64,000 nt of DNA, from the NCBI GenBank assembly GCA_964106915.2, contig OZ066914.1. One strand, 5' to 3'. A model generated the notes under the pieces. It saw nothing but the letters and a program-made list of their open reading frames with translations, was not told where the DNA came from and ran no database searches. This stretch comes from Podarcis gaigeae. Lineage: Eukaryota. A program made the translations under genes and the position numbers. Shown piece by piece: positions 52,247 to 64,000 of this stretch. Positions within the stretch are counted from its first letter, which is position 1; the number at the start of each line of letters is the position of its first letter.

Positions 52247-52382
52247 GGGAGAGCTCAGTCGGTACAGCATGAGACACTTAATCTTAGGTCATTGATTCGA
52301 GCCCCATGCTGGGCAAAAGGCTGCAGGGGGTTGGACTAGATGACCCTTGTGATCCCTTCCAATTCAAAAATTCTATGATTCT
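52247..52382 (+). mobile_element. tRNA-Lys(CTT)-derived SINE with CR1 3' tail
   Basis: AGCTCAGTCGGTACAGCATGAGACACTTAATCT..TTCGAGCCCCATGCTGGGC is a degenerate tRNA-Lys. It is fused to the CR1 tail GGGGTTGGACTAGATGACC..ATTCTATGATTCT. Confidence 0.8.
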
Positions 52383-55300
52383 ATTATTCTACTTAGAGGG
52401 CTATCTTCTCCCATCTAAACTAACAAATAATCTGAACCTGCCTAAAAATACAAAAGGCACAAGAAGACTGCATGCACAGTTAAATTAGACCAACCTGTCT
52501 AATCTGCGATCTATCATGAGAAAACTGGAATGTTCTAAACATTAATAAATTCCAGAATATCTGTCCAAGTTGCCAGAAATTTGGCATGGAGTATCTATCT
52601 ATACACTGAGTACCATATGGCCAGATTTCAGACGGATCCATTACAAAGATGGTTGAAATATACAAGTTTCCCTTCTTAATAATTGTTGTGCTCCCTCATA
52701 ATATCTGTTTTTTCCTTGTCTCTTCGAAGGAATTAATAAATTCAAGAAAATTGCAGGGGTCCTTCCTTCTTTTGTCAAAATGCATTGTGCCTTTATGAGT
52801 ATATTACTTTTTAAATTACTACTTTAAATCCATCAGTTAAGGGTCAATCATCTTGAAAGACACAGTAAGTCCCTGATTCGAGTCTTTAGGGTGGAGCCTT
52901 TTCCCTAAGCAAAGATGGCTGCCACCAGAATAAGGGGGAAGCTGTTAAATGGTATGTAGATTAATAGCTCTAATGGCTAGACTAAAGCAAGACCACTTTC
53001 CATTTTCAATTGCCTTTTTTTTCATTGTCTCCCAGGGCAGAAGTAAGACTTGTGTGTGAAAGAGTGAGAATTGATGCTTCTCTTTACTATTAGTTTTCAG
53101 CTTTTGGGGGGGGGTAGCAGGGGGTGGGCATCCAGTTGCCAAATCATACCTACACTAAAATCCTGAATTTCTCCATTAATTTTTATGAGCTCTTCTCGCC
53201 TCCATCCTAGAGGACTTAAAAAATGGCCACTGTAATGTAAACCTAGAAACTTCCTATATAACCTATGAGATTCTTTTTCATATCTCTGCAGCGTATTGGG
53301 GAAGTGGTACATATATGTGTATCTGTTGTAACTATGTACAGTGGGGTTAAGTGAGCTTTGTTTATCATTTCAAAAGAAAATGGGGAAGAAATAAAAAACA
53401 GATTATCATTTTGTTTTCTCCTCATGTGCTCCCACGCCTGCAGAAGCTTTAGTACATTAGAAAAGTCTCTATCCTTTTATTTCTGGCTGTCAATGTGCCT
53501 AAACTAAGACAGGCAGGCATGGGCATGCAAGCCAGTAACTTTTGTAAACTTGTTTGCAACGCTGCCAAACAGCACATCATATCACATACAAATCCAATGT
53601 AGATGTAATTCATTAAGGGCTCTACAATGGATATGTCATAGAAGCACAGACAGCAATTATGGCTTATCTCATACCTATAAGGTTCGCTTGCACCTTTCAG
53701 TAGCAAGCATTTCAGTCTAGCCAAATCTGAAAAGAAAAAGACGTCCAGATCTGAGAGATCTATCTTTGCCTGTTACTTTTTAATTTGATCCATTTTTTAA
53801 ATATAATACAGCCCTCGAGTGCATGAATACCTGCATCATCCTTGATTCCCAAACATGCTGGCTGCGGCCAATGGGAATGGATTCCAACCAGAACTGGAGT
53901 GCAACATATTCCCTTTCCATGCCTATTCAAGGCATTTCCCTTACCTATCCAAATATCCCATAAATTGAACCTGGGATCCTCCATGTGGAAAGCATAATAT
54001 AAGGGTGGGGAAGCCTCAGGTAGCCCTCCATGCCTCTTTGTCTAGCCTTGACACACTCCCTGTGGCCCATGTCCCCACAGGGCCATGCTCCACACCTTCC
54101 TTAAGCGTACTTGTCTCTCTAGAATGTGCCCTTTAACCCTGACAATGTCTCCTGCTTGTAATGCATGCAGAGCTGTGTGGCTGTAGGTATGCAAAAGGTT
54201 CTGATTTTTGCATGATTGGAATGCAACCTATTGTACAAAGGTAAGATTTACAACCATTGCTCCACCACGTTTTGCTTCTGGCCCTGTGCACCACCGACCT
54301 TCAGGTTGAAAACAGTTCCTCCATCCCTAGCATATGCCCTACAGCTGAACTATAGGCCTCTGAGCACAGCTTCTGGTGCCTGGTGCCTTCAGTATGTGTG
54401 TTACATTTCTCAAAAAAGGACTGGGTGAGCATATTAAGAGGTAGCATGTTAATGTGTTACGCTTTGCTTTTCAGTCACAAGCTACATCATTTCCTTAAGA
54501 ACCTTTACAGTTGAAAGATCTCTTTGTCAAGGTCAGTACAGCTAGTTTTCAACATATGATCAAGCAAGTCCAAATAAGACGATTTAGATTATTTTATAAA
54601 AAATAATGGAAATTACCATTAAAGCAGCCCTATTCAAGTATCATGCATATCTGGAAACAGAACACATTAGTGGGGAGACAAGCATATTAGCTTCAGCCTT
54701 ATCTGAAGCGGGGAAACTCCTATATGCTTCTAAACCCCAGCTGCAGGGAAACACAAGCAGAAAGAGTGCTGATGCACCCATGTCCTGTTTGCAGGCTTGC
54801 CACAGACACCTGGCTGACCACTGAAAGAACAGGATACTGGGCCAGATGAGTCTTTGGCCTGATGATGCAAGGATTGTCTTGTGTTCTGTGCTCACTGATG
54901 ATCACATGCAATGTAGAACCTTGGGAAATGTGGGGAGCCTATGAGAGGAAAAGCATGTGGGTGGCAGTGGGTGGAACTAGCAACACATCCCTAAAATCCC
55001 TGCTTATGCTTTATAGATCTAGGTTTTAATAACACCTGAGCAGGGTGTACCTAGCTCCACACCCAATTCTCATAGTCCGTTCTTTTAAAGTAGTAAATGC
55101 ATAGCACTTCTCGTTGCAAATAAAAAGCTTACAGATGCAAAGCATGTGGGCTGTGCACAACCAATGGCTTTTTAAAGAGCTGGATATGGTATTGTAGAGC
55201 TATCATTGCCACACTCTGCCCCTCTCTATCACCCATCGTGATTTTACTGCTTTCTGTAACATTTCAAGGAGATACATGGCAAAAGCTGCAATTAGCCCTC

Positions 55301-55522
55301 CGCAGTGTAGCTACCACAACTGCAACAGATATCTGCATTTTTTAGAGTGACAGTAGATGCCCATGGAAAATATCCCCTTTCCCTATCCCACCATACCTGG
55401 AGCCACTTTGGAAGCATTGTAATGTATTGTCTAAAAACAAATTTCTTGTTTAAGTAACAAAGGATATGTGCATATCCACAATGGCACACATTTGGTTCAG
55501 GTATGGGGAACCTGCTTAAATA

Positions 55523-55791
55523 CCGTATTGGCCAGCATATAAGCCACTCCCAAATATAAGCCGCACCTTTAAAATTCAAGGGGGGGGGAGGAAAAAAAAG
55601 ACAATACCCGAATATAAGCCGCTCCCTTAAAATTCCGCAGGCACTCACACCCATTCCGTTTTACCGTATGTCTGTTTCAACAGTGATATCATAAAAGCCC
55701 ATTTTTGTAAGGTCGCAAACTTAAGATGCACTTTAACTTTTCACAGTCGGAATTTGGGGGGAAAGGGAGGCTTATATTCAGGCCAATACGG
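55523..55791. mobile_element. Tc1/mariner-superfamily (Tc2/pogo-like) MITE
   Basis: TIRs CCGTATTGGCC..ATATAAGCC / GGCTTATAT..GGCCAATACGG with TA TSD and repeated ATATAAGCC subterminal motifs. Confidence 0.87.
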
Positions 55792-55889
55792 TATGACTGT
55801 CCTCCCTATCTGGCCAGGCAACACACCCTCCTGAGCCATACCCCTCACCAGCCCTGATTAGCACCCTTCTGATTAGCACCCCCCTTGGC

Positions 55890-55950
55890 GGGGGGGGGGG
55901 GGTTGGACTCGATGGCCCTTGTGGTCTCTTCCAACTCTATGATTCTATGA
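55890..55950 (+). mobile_element. CR1 extreme 3' tail
   Basis: GGGTTGGACTCGATGGCC..CTTCCAACTCTATGATTCTATGA. Confidence 0.75.
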
Positions 55951-56315
55951 AGTGCCTTTTCCTGGATGAATGTGTCCTTGAACTCTGATAATGCTTCTTG
56001 CTTACCTGGGTGGAGGACAGAGGGTGTGTGCATGTGAAAAAACTAGCCTACTGTACAAACGTAACATCCACATTTATTGCTCTGCCCACTTTCCCCTCTG
56101 GCCCCACTCATCATTAGTCTGGGCCCCCGGAAGGGAATGTGGCCCTCAGGCTGAAAACGTTTCCCACCCCAGTGCAGTTAGTTTTAAAATGTATCTGTGA
56201 TTATAAATGCAGAACGTGACACCACGTACCTGCACCTAAATTAAGAGTGTGATACTCCTATGGGACTGAACAGCAAGGAGCCCTCATTCCTGCCTATCAT
56301 CAAGACAGCAAAATA

Positions 56316-56317
<2 letters not shown>

Positions 56318-56347
<30 letters not shown>
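56318..56347. repeat. (TC)n microsatellite
   Basis: About 15 TC units. Confidence 0.95.
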
Positions 56348-56351
<4 letters not shown>

Positions 56352-58605
56352 ATTTGCTCCATTCGATGGCAATCAAACAACAACAAACACGTAGTTGTGT
56401 TACAGACCCAGTTTGGGATGGATTTGAGTGCTATACAAATGAAATACATAGTGAATTAACCACTTCCCAGCCCTAATTTAATTAGCTCTACGCCACTCTC
56501 TCCCCCCCCTTCCCCTATTCTAGCATCTAAAATAAATAAAAAAATCCAGAGGTTACAAAGAAACAAAAGTTCTGCAGTCAAGAAGGTACAGCAAGTAAGG
56601 AAATGTGTCTAGTTTAGCACAACTTTATAAAGTTTTTGAAGCTTTAGTGCTGCAGTGTGTGGGCTGCAGTGTATGAAGTCAAGATTAAGAAACATTACTT
56701 GCTATGTGATCTATCTGCACGGCTTATTTCCTATTTTGTAACTACTGTTCCCTCATGCATTGTATCCTTCTGGGATGTTCCAAGTCAAAACTGGACAGTG
56801 AAAGAAAATTTCTGACTACCATTATTTGTCCGAAAAAGGCAAATGTTATCTTCAAAGCTGGTATAAAAGTTACCTTTCAAAGAAAGCTGATTTCCAAAAC
56901 ATTATAAACTAGCAGAATTGGAGCAACCTGGACTCCCAGATGAGGCTCATGATAATGAAAAGTTGTAGTTTACAAATAGGACCAAGCCTGAATCCAAGAG
57001 TAGACTCTTTAAGTAGGCTGATTTTACATAGATCATGATTTACCATGAACTTGGGAGATTTTGCCTGCTTTGTTTCCTCCCTCTGCAAGTGTGGGAGCAA
57101 CAAAACACAATCCATGGCTTAGTATTATGTCTAAAGTGGGAGATCATAGTTTGGTTTGCTCAAACTTACTAGAATTGCTCAGTCTCTGGTTCCTGTATCT
57201 ACCATTTTTACTCTTCTCCTCCAATGCAACCATGAGAAGTTGGGAAGCAGTGTTTCTATTTTAAACTAATTGCAGTTTGTAATTTTGTCCAAACTGTGGT
57301 TAGTTTAAACCAGCGCTCCAGATTTTGTTGAACTCAAATCAGCTCTGACTACTGGTCATGGCTGGGGTTGATGGGAGTGGGAGTCTAACATCTGGAGTTG
57401 CAAAAGTTAGCCCCCCTGGTTTGAATTTCAGTTTGTCAAAACAAGTCAAGATCAAGTTGTGGTTTCTGATCCTGACTTGTTGGAACAAACCATAGTTAAA
57501 ACAGCAGTCCCTGCTTTGGATGAAACACAGTTGGTTTAAAATGAAAGTGGATGCTTCCAATTTCCTGATTACACTTCATGTTCAATTGAGGAGGGGAGGG
57601 GAGGAGGAAGCAGGTTTGTGTATGGAATTCTAAACTATAATCTGTCTGAACCAGGTGAATGCCAAGAACTAAGTCATTGGTTTCATTTTGTCATGTATGA
57701 AATCATTTACCATGTTCAAAGAAAATTCTAATAGCTTCAAGGAGTAACGTCCTGGCAACTTAGGAGGAGAAAGTGTAATGTAACATTAGAAGTGAAAATT
57801 CGAACTGACATGCTTTAGGGGAGTTGAAGCTGGTGCTTAGCAATGTCCTGACATTTAAAAACAACAACAACATTCCCTAAACATACTTTCTCACAATTGC
57901 TTTAAAATGAAAACACAACGACAAGGTATTTAAGGAGAATCAAAGTAGATACATTTAGTGAATTCATTGGGGTTTATTTTCTAGTACGAATGGATATGAT
58001 TACACAATTGATGTATAGAACGCCTGCAATTCACAAATCAATCTTATGGGAAACTGCCTTATACCAAGTCTATTGAGCTCAGCATTGTTGCCTAGACCAG
58101 ATAGTAACTGACTGTAAATATTAAAAATCAACTGAATGTGAAATAATGAAATGCCTGTATGGGGATGATGTGTATTCATTTTTGTTTCCTTACATCAAGG
58201 AACAGGACATATAGTAATATCTAGAAAGAAACAAAATAGCTATTTTGCACAAGTCTCAGTGTTATTTCACACACTGGGAGAAGTTCAATGTTACGCTTTC
58301 CTTTCCTGACTGTTCCAACAGTGGAAGCATTTCTACATTTATCTACTATATATTTTTGAAAGTTCCTTGCATTTGGACACCTCTTAAGATATCATAACCA
58401 AATTTTGCATAACCATTTCTGATATCAAGGAGCAGGTTTTCGTCTATGTTTGGATATAACTGATGCCACTTTGAATCAGAATGGGAGACTGAATCTTTCA
58501 AAACTGCACTGATTTTAATTACTGATTTCAAAATTGTACTGATTTTGGGGGGCTTCTTAGAATTCCCAAGCAACACTGGGTACAAAGCTGCTATTTTTAG
58601 GTATG

Positions 58606-58818
58606 CAGGCAGCTCTCAACTAACTCTGGGGTTATGTTCCGGGAATAGCGCCTAAAATCAAAATCATATATAGTCAAACACACTGGCAGTTCCACCCGCC
58701 ATTGAACCCAAAGTTTTTAATCTCAGATGCCCGCCCCCTTTCCATTTTTTTTTTTAATTGGTAAATGAGTGAAGCTGAATGCACACTAGTTAAAAGCATG
58801 TAATTTGTGAGTTACCTG
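58606..58818. mobile_element. Old Tigger-like MITE remnant
   Basis: Imperfect ends CAGGCAGCTCTCAA / TTGTGAGTTACCTG, with TA on the right side. Confidence 0.4.
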
Positions 58819-59226
58819 TATACCCAAATATGTAAGCAGCTCTTGCCAAGGGACAATTTAAACATTTCTCAAAGCACTAAATGCCTTAAAGTACAACCCA
58901 AAGGAGCACAATGGTAAACAGGCAGAAGAACGCAGTTCCACCACATGTGTCCACTGAGTATATTTAGAAACGTAAATTCCAGCACATCACATTTTACTGT
59001 GTTATCATTCCAAAGCCCTTCAGAATACAAAATAAAACACTTGCAACTTTAGGGTTAGGCCTCTGTGGTGAAAAGTTCAGTTGCACCAGAAACTTTACTA
59101 GATGCACATCAGATGGTTTTAGGTGTATGCTTCCCATTTCTCAATACTCCCCTCTAAAGAAAGAACCACCACCCACTTAAGATACCAACAAGTCAGTCCC
59201 CACTAGGCTTCAGCAGAGATACTCAC

Positions 59227-59423
59227 CTATACTGCCAGCTTTTGGTAGTGCTTCCTCCTCTGCTACTGCTGATCCCACCACTGCTGATGCCACTACTACT
59301 GCTGCTCTTGCTTGTGCAGTTCAGGGCTGGGATCAAAATCTCCAGCTTGCCTTCACTTTCAGACAGTTTCATCGCTGTCGGTGGCGCTGCCGGAGCCGTA
59401 GACACAGGCTCCCCACTTTGCAT
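59227..59423 (-). CDS. OSBPL11: OSBPL11 coding exon 1
   Basis: Kozak CCACCATG at 59423. Encodes MQSGEPVST..MKLSESEGKLE..GISSSRGGSTTKSWQY (human MQGGEPVSTMKVSESEGKLE..GWQYS). Donor AG|GTgagt. The 13 exons sum to 2283 nt in frame. Confidence 0.95.
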
Positions 59424-59739
59424 GGTGGGGCCTGTCGGGCCCCTGCCCACCCAAGGGTGGGAGAGTGCAACAAGCCAAGTCAACAAGGGCTCGAGGAAAA
59501 CTTTTTTTATCAAGGCTGTCAAGTATCCTTAGAAAAAAACGAGGGGTCACTCTGGAGTAGAACTTTTGTGAATGGGGCCCAATGTGGGCCAGAGATGGAG
59601 CAAGTCTATGGAAATAAGCTCGAATGACAGCTTTGAAGGGGGGAAAGGGAGAATATGGAGGGGGAAAGAGCCAGGTCTGGGGAAAAGGCCAGGGATCCAA
59701 CAGAAGAGTTTCCTGAACACCCAGAGAATGAATCGGGAG

Positions 59740-60240
59740 CAGGGCAGCCAGCTGCGTTGGCAACGTCCAGGCACTCGCTCCCAAGGCGTGTTTAAACCGG
59801 GGGAGCAGCTCCGCGCACCTCAGTATCCCATGGGAGGGCAGAAGTGGGGTGGTAGGGAGGCAGCGGGAAATTCCTCAATTGTTCAGAGAGGCGGGATGCT
59901 GGCGCCGAAAGGAGGGCGGCCGCCTGGGGTTTGTACCTCCTTCCCCCAGAGGCTGCCTGCCTGGGGCTGGTCTCTCACCATGAACCGCAAACGCCCCTCC
60001 TGCAGCCCCCTCCCTCACTCGGCCAGGCTCCGTCTTCCAGGGTTGGCGGCGGCGGCGGCTCGCAGCCCACACGAACCGAGGGCAGCAGCAGCAGCAGCAG
60101 CAGTGGCGGAGCCGCTCCCACCCCTTCCGGGTCAGGCTCCCCGCCGCCTTCGTCCCTGTTTCTCCGCCCCGTGAAGGCCGAGGGCGGGCGTGAGCGCTAG
60201 CGGCGCCATCTTTGTTAAGGGAAACGGGGGCGGGATGCCC
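59740..60240 (-). promoter_or_regulatory. CpG-island promoter/5' leader of OSBPL11
   Basis: High GC and CpG density, YY1-type motif CGCCATCTT (60204-60212), GC box GGGGCGGG (60227-60234) and (CTG)7 at 60082-60102. Confidence 0.85.
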
Positions 60241-60357
60241 TGACAGGAAGGAGGAGCTGGCAGTAATAATAATAATTAATAAATAATAACGAACAGTGAT
60301 AATAATACCTGCCTAAAACACCAGAAGGCAAACATAAAGGGCCTTTAAATCAAACAC

Positions 60358-60393
60358 TGTTTGTTTGTTTGTTTGTTTGTTTGTTTGTTTGTT
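60358..60393. repeat. (TTTG)n microsatellite
   Basis: About 8-9 TGTT units. Confidence 0.93.
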
Positions 60394-60968
60394 GTCCTCT
60401 TATTTCTGTGGAAGAAACCGAACTTGGAGCAAGGGTGTGACTCAGCTGCACGTCAACGCGCCCTCTGAGTCCACGTCTGGGTGTATGGAGATCTATCTAT
60501 TTTCACACAGCCTCTTATATTTTAGTTCTCGTCTGCTCCGCATTGTTCCCGACGTTCTTTGCAGCCTCAGCAGCTCCAGTCTGCTGCAGCAAAATAAAAA
60601 CAAAGGGCTTGTGACCACTTTTTAGCCCGAACCAGACTAAACCCGTTGAAATTAATGGGCATGGCTAACTTAAGTCCATTCATTTAAATAGCGTGCTCTA
60701 ACTTAGCTGGCTGCAACCCAATGGATTTTGTGGCATCTAAAACGGCTAGCCAATTGTGACGTATAAGGCTTTTTGGACCAGAACATGCTTGATTGAAGCT
60801 AAACTTATATTTTAAAAAGCCAAATTATTCTGTTCTTTTCAGCTAAAGATAAAGCCAATTTAAATATGAAAGACAAGTGTAGAAGAGCCTATTGATATTT
60901 TCTGGGCCCATAGAGTTGGTGGAAGTTGTCTAAGCCATCTGGAAGGTACCACCAGTGTCTACACTCTT

Positions 60969-61429
60969 GTTGTTGTTTAGTCGTTTAGTCGTGTCTGACT
61001 CTTCGTGACCCCATGGACCAGAGCACGCCAGGCACTCCTGTCTTCCGCTGTCTCCCGCAGTTTGGTCAAACACATGTTGGTAGCTTCGAGAACACTGTCC
61101 AACCATCTCGTCCTCTGTCGTCCCCTTCTCCTTGTGCCCTCAATATTTCCCAACATCAGGGTCTTTTCCAGAGAGTCGAGTCTTCTCATGTGGTGGCCAA
61201 AGTATTGAAGCCTCAGCTTCAGGATCTGTCCTTCCAGTGAGCACTCAGGGCTGATTTCCTTAAGAATGGATAGGTTTGATCTTCTTGCAGTCCATGGGAC
61301 TCTCAAGAGTCTTCTCCAGCACCATAATTCAAAAGCATCAATTATTTGATGATCATCCTTCTTTACGGTCCAGCTCTCACTTCCATACATCACTACTGGA
61401 AAAACCAAAACTTTAACTATACGGACCTT
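60969..61429 (-). mobile_element. Bov-B (RTE clade) LINE, 5'-truncated, 13-bp TSD
   Basis: ORF MVFPVVMYGSESWT..IDAFELWCWRRLLRVPWTARRSNLSILKEISP..WRALVHGVTKSQTRLND and a (CAA)n tail. TSD TGTCTACACTCTT at 60956-60968 and 61430-61442. Confidence 0.96.
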
Positions 61430-62145
61430 TGTCTACACTCTTATATTGCCCTAAAAGTTCAGCCATTCCTATATGCTACTCAGTAAGACAAAGCCATGGA
61501 TCTTGCTGCCTTGGGATGCTACCTATGCTGCAAAAACACAGTGGACAGTCACAGATGGAGAAGTATTCATCATTCATCCCTGTGTGACACTGCATGGCTT
61601 TTCATTATGCACAATGCCTGCTATACTTGATGAAATAGGTTGTTCCCTATGAGATCTAAACCAACTGAGACTGCTATACTAAACATACTCCCTAGAGAGT
61701 AAGCCTGTTTATAGACAATGGAGCTTACTTACTAGTAAAATGCACACAGTTGTGCTGTTAGTCTCTGTGATGTCCTAGTATAGGAGTGGGGAACCTATCG
61801 GCATTCAGGCATTATTGCATTTCAGTTTCCTATCAGCCCCAGTCCGGGTTGTCAATAATAAGGGATTCTGGGAGCTGAATGCATCTGTATCCAACACCTG
61901 GAAGGTCACAGGTTCCCTACCCTGCATCTAGTGATTTTCCTCCTATAAAAATATGCATACTTTTGGCTTGCAATACATTAGAAATAAAGGCTCTTTCACA
62001 AGGCAGCAATTGAAGAGTCCTGGCTGGATACCGACAGTTTCCATTGTGAGCATGACAGCTGCTTTCCATATGATGGTTGTTAACATTCTTTGCCTTTCAG
62101 GTTTCAAATATTATATATGTGCAATATATAATATTGATGTACATT

Positions 62146-62211
62146 AATATAATATAATATAATATAATATAATATAATATAATATAATTAATATAATATA
62201 ATATAATATAC
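62146..62211. repeat. (TAATA)n microsatellite
   Basis: Pentanucleotide run with one interruption. Confidence 0.95.
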
Positions 62212-63739
62212 AGTATACTAGATTGGCTAACAGATTCTAATAGACAAGGCATTAGAAAACCTTGAACTTTTAATATAAAAAGTGAAATAACTATCTGTAA
62301 TTATATGTTCACGTAAGGGCTTCTTGATTACAAAAATAAAGTTATTTCTTTGCATATGCATAGTATGTGTCTTCCCTAACAGGCTACTTTCAAATCTTCC
62401 AGCAATAGGTGCGGTCTGTTCTTTAATAGTTCCCCAGCATTAATATTTAGGCAAACACAATAACATAAAATGAATCAAGTCTTACACCTGAAACACACTA
62501 AAACCAAAAGAGAATTGTAGATTGATTTTATTTAGCTGCTGTTTCCCTCTAGTGACCAAACTAAATACTACATGTGAAAAAAGAGAAGCCAGTACAATGT
62601 CAAACACCTGTTTTTTAATGGTGATGATGAAACGTCTTTCTTATCTTAAGTTTTACCAAATCATGATACACAAAATTCACATAATTCTCACATTAAGAGA
62701 TAGGTGAACCACCACACCTCTGCCATATGATGTGACAGGTTACATGTTTCAAGCGGAGGATGTGGCTGGGTTACAAAGTATTGATTTACATGACACTTGA
62801 TACTAGTTGGTTAACATAGTTTATGCCCTGAAATGCTGCAGCCAAAGGGATTGTTCAGCTGTTGGGAGACCCATTAAATGGTTTTCATTAGTGCTCCTGC
62901 CTTCTATTCACATAGGAAACATAGAAAGAGGGTTACCTCTTTCCAGCACAGCTGGGCACTCGAACTTTGGCAGAGAATTATGTTTTTAATATCTTCTACC
63001 ACACACAAGATGAATAAGGTCAGGCCATCTTGTGATGTTCAGTCAACTTTGCCCTATCGTCATTCAGGGAGTGCATTCAGTTGCATGCACCCCCTCCCCT
63101 TATTATTCATTCACAACACTTTATAATCCAGGGAAACATAAAAATACATTGAAAATACTGACCTTGGCTCCTGGTGTTCTACAGTACATAGTAATATCTA
63201 CTAGATGGATTCTGATTTTCTTGATCACTGGAAAACCAAGCGTATATGCTGGTCCTGATTATGTACAGGTCATACTTGCAATCTTTCTCTTTAAAATGTA
63301 TGTTAGTAATTTGTATCAGGTAATCAATTCAGGTTTATTCCGAATGGGTTCGCTGAAGCTTTAAACAAACAGCAGACAGCTGGGTGCCTGAAACAAACCA
63401 CATGTAGCTTTGAAAGTGTAGGTAGCAAACTTAACACACCCACAAAAGTCAACAGCTCACATGCCTAATGTGAACAAAAGCAACCTGTTTGTGCTTCAAA
63501 GAGCCTAAAATATGTTCCCCTGACAACCATCAAGCTATCTGAGGGGTGAAATCACATATTTATTAATGCAGCTCAAGCATGCATGACTTTTGCCTCAAAG
63601 GAATAGGGGAAGGGAATGGCCCAGTTTCGGCTAGAGGCGTGCTGTCAGAAGGAGCAGAATAAATGACTCATTATACTGGGGTTGGGGTGCTAACTATCTG
63701 TTCAGAACAAAGCCAATTTAAAATACCTAAGGATATAGC

Positions 63740-63912
63740 ATAGGAACACAGAAAGTTGCCCTAAGTAAAACCATCAGTCTGCTTATTTCAGTCTCTCCAG
63801 AGTGCCACACAGCAGTCTCTCTCAGGGCACCTACCTGGGGGCACCAAAGACTGAACCTGGGACCCTTTGTATACAAAACATGTGCTCAGTCACTGAGCTT
63901 CAGCCCTTCCCC
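63740..63912 (-). mobile_element. tRNA-headed squamate SINE (Squam3-like), decayed
   Basis: Reversed tRNA-like head GACTGAACCTGGGACC..CACTGAGCT.CAGCCC, with a body related to the 17915 copy. Confidence 0.55.
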
Positions 63913-64000
63913 AAACTCTGACCCATATATCATCATTTCTCTTCTGTTCTTTGTTGCTGACCAGACTGCATCCCTGTTCTCCCTTTCCTACAGCTTCCCT

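Noticed and set aside
52247-52320. Functional tRNA-Lys gene
   Set aside because: Acceptor stem and B box are degenerate, there is no T-run terminator, and it is fused to a CR1 tail.
59424-59522. N-terminal extension of OSBPL11 from the ORF-track start at 59522
   Set aside because: The start is non-ATG. Homology and a good Kozak context begin at ATG 59423.
59572-60174. 200-aa + strand ORF over the promoter
   Set aside because: Typical stop-poor CpG-island ORF. The poly-Ala comes from the GCA repeat and there is no recognisable domain.
1-64000. CRISPR arrays, operons, rRNA or other prokaryotic/viral systems
   Set aside because: The sequence is intron-rich vertebrate DNA. No regularly spaced repeat-spacer array, rRNA or viral ORF was seen.

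Overview
Eukaryotic genomic DNA from a squamate reptile, probably a lacertid lizard (Sauria SINEs, Bov-B, CR1/L2, a tRNA-Lys/CR1 SINE). It contains two convergent genes. (1) On the + strand, the last five coding exons (930-14349) of a diverged TGF-beta type II receptor paralogue (TGFBR2-like); its first exons lie upstream of the window. (2) On the - strand, a complete 13-coding-exon OSBPL11 (ORP11) gene, ATG 59423 to stop 17417, 2283 nt and 760 aa after manual splicing. It has a CpG-island promoter at about 59.7-60.2 kb and a probable ~2.9 kb 3' UTR ending about 100 bp from the TGFBR2-like polyA signal. Main observations: the receptor looks like a second TGFBR2 ohnologue, and its last intron needs a GC-AG donor. 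OSBPL11 exon 2 is a 69-nt symmetric exon whose skipping would regenerate the WQYR motif, and it is bracketed by an inverted pair of Sauria SINEs. A young MITE is built from four tandem hairpins. Most short ORFs in the track are intronic or repeat-derived noise. All homology statements come from memory of the families; no database search was run.
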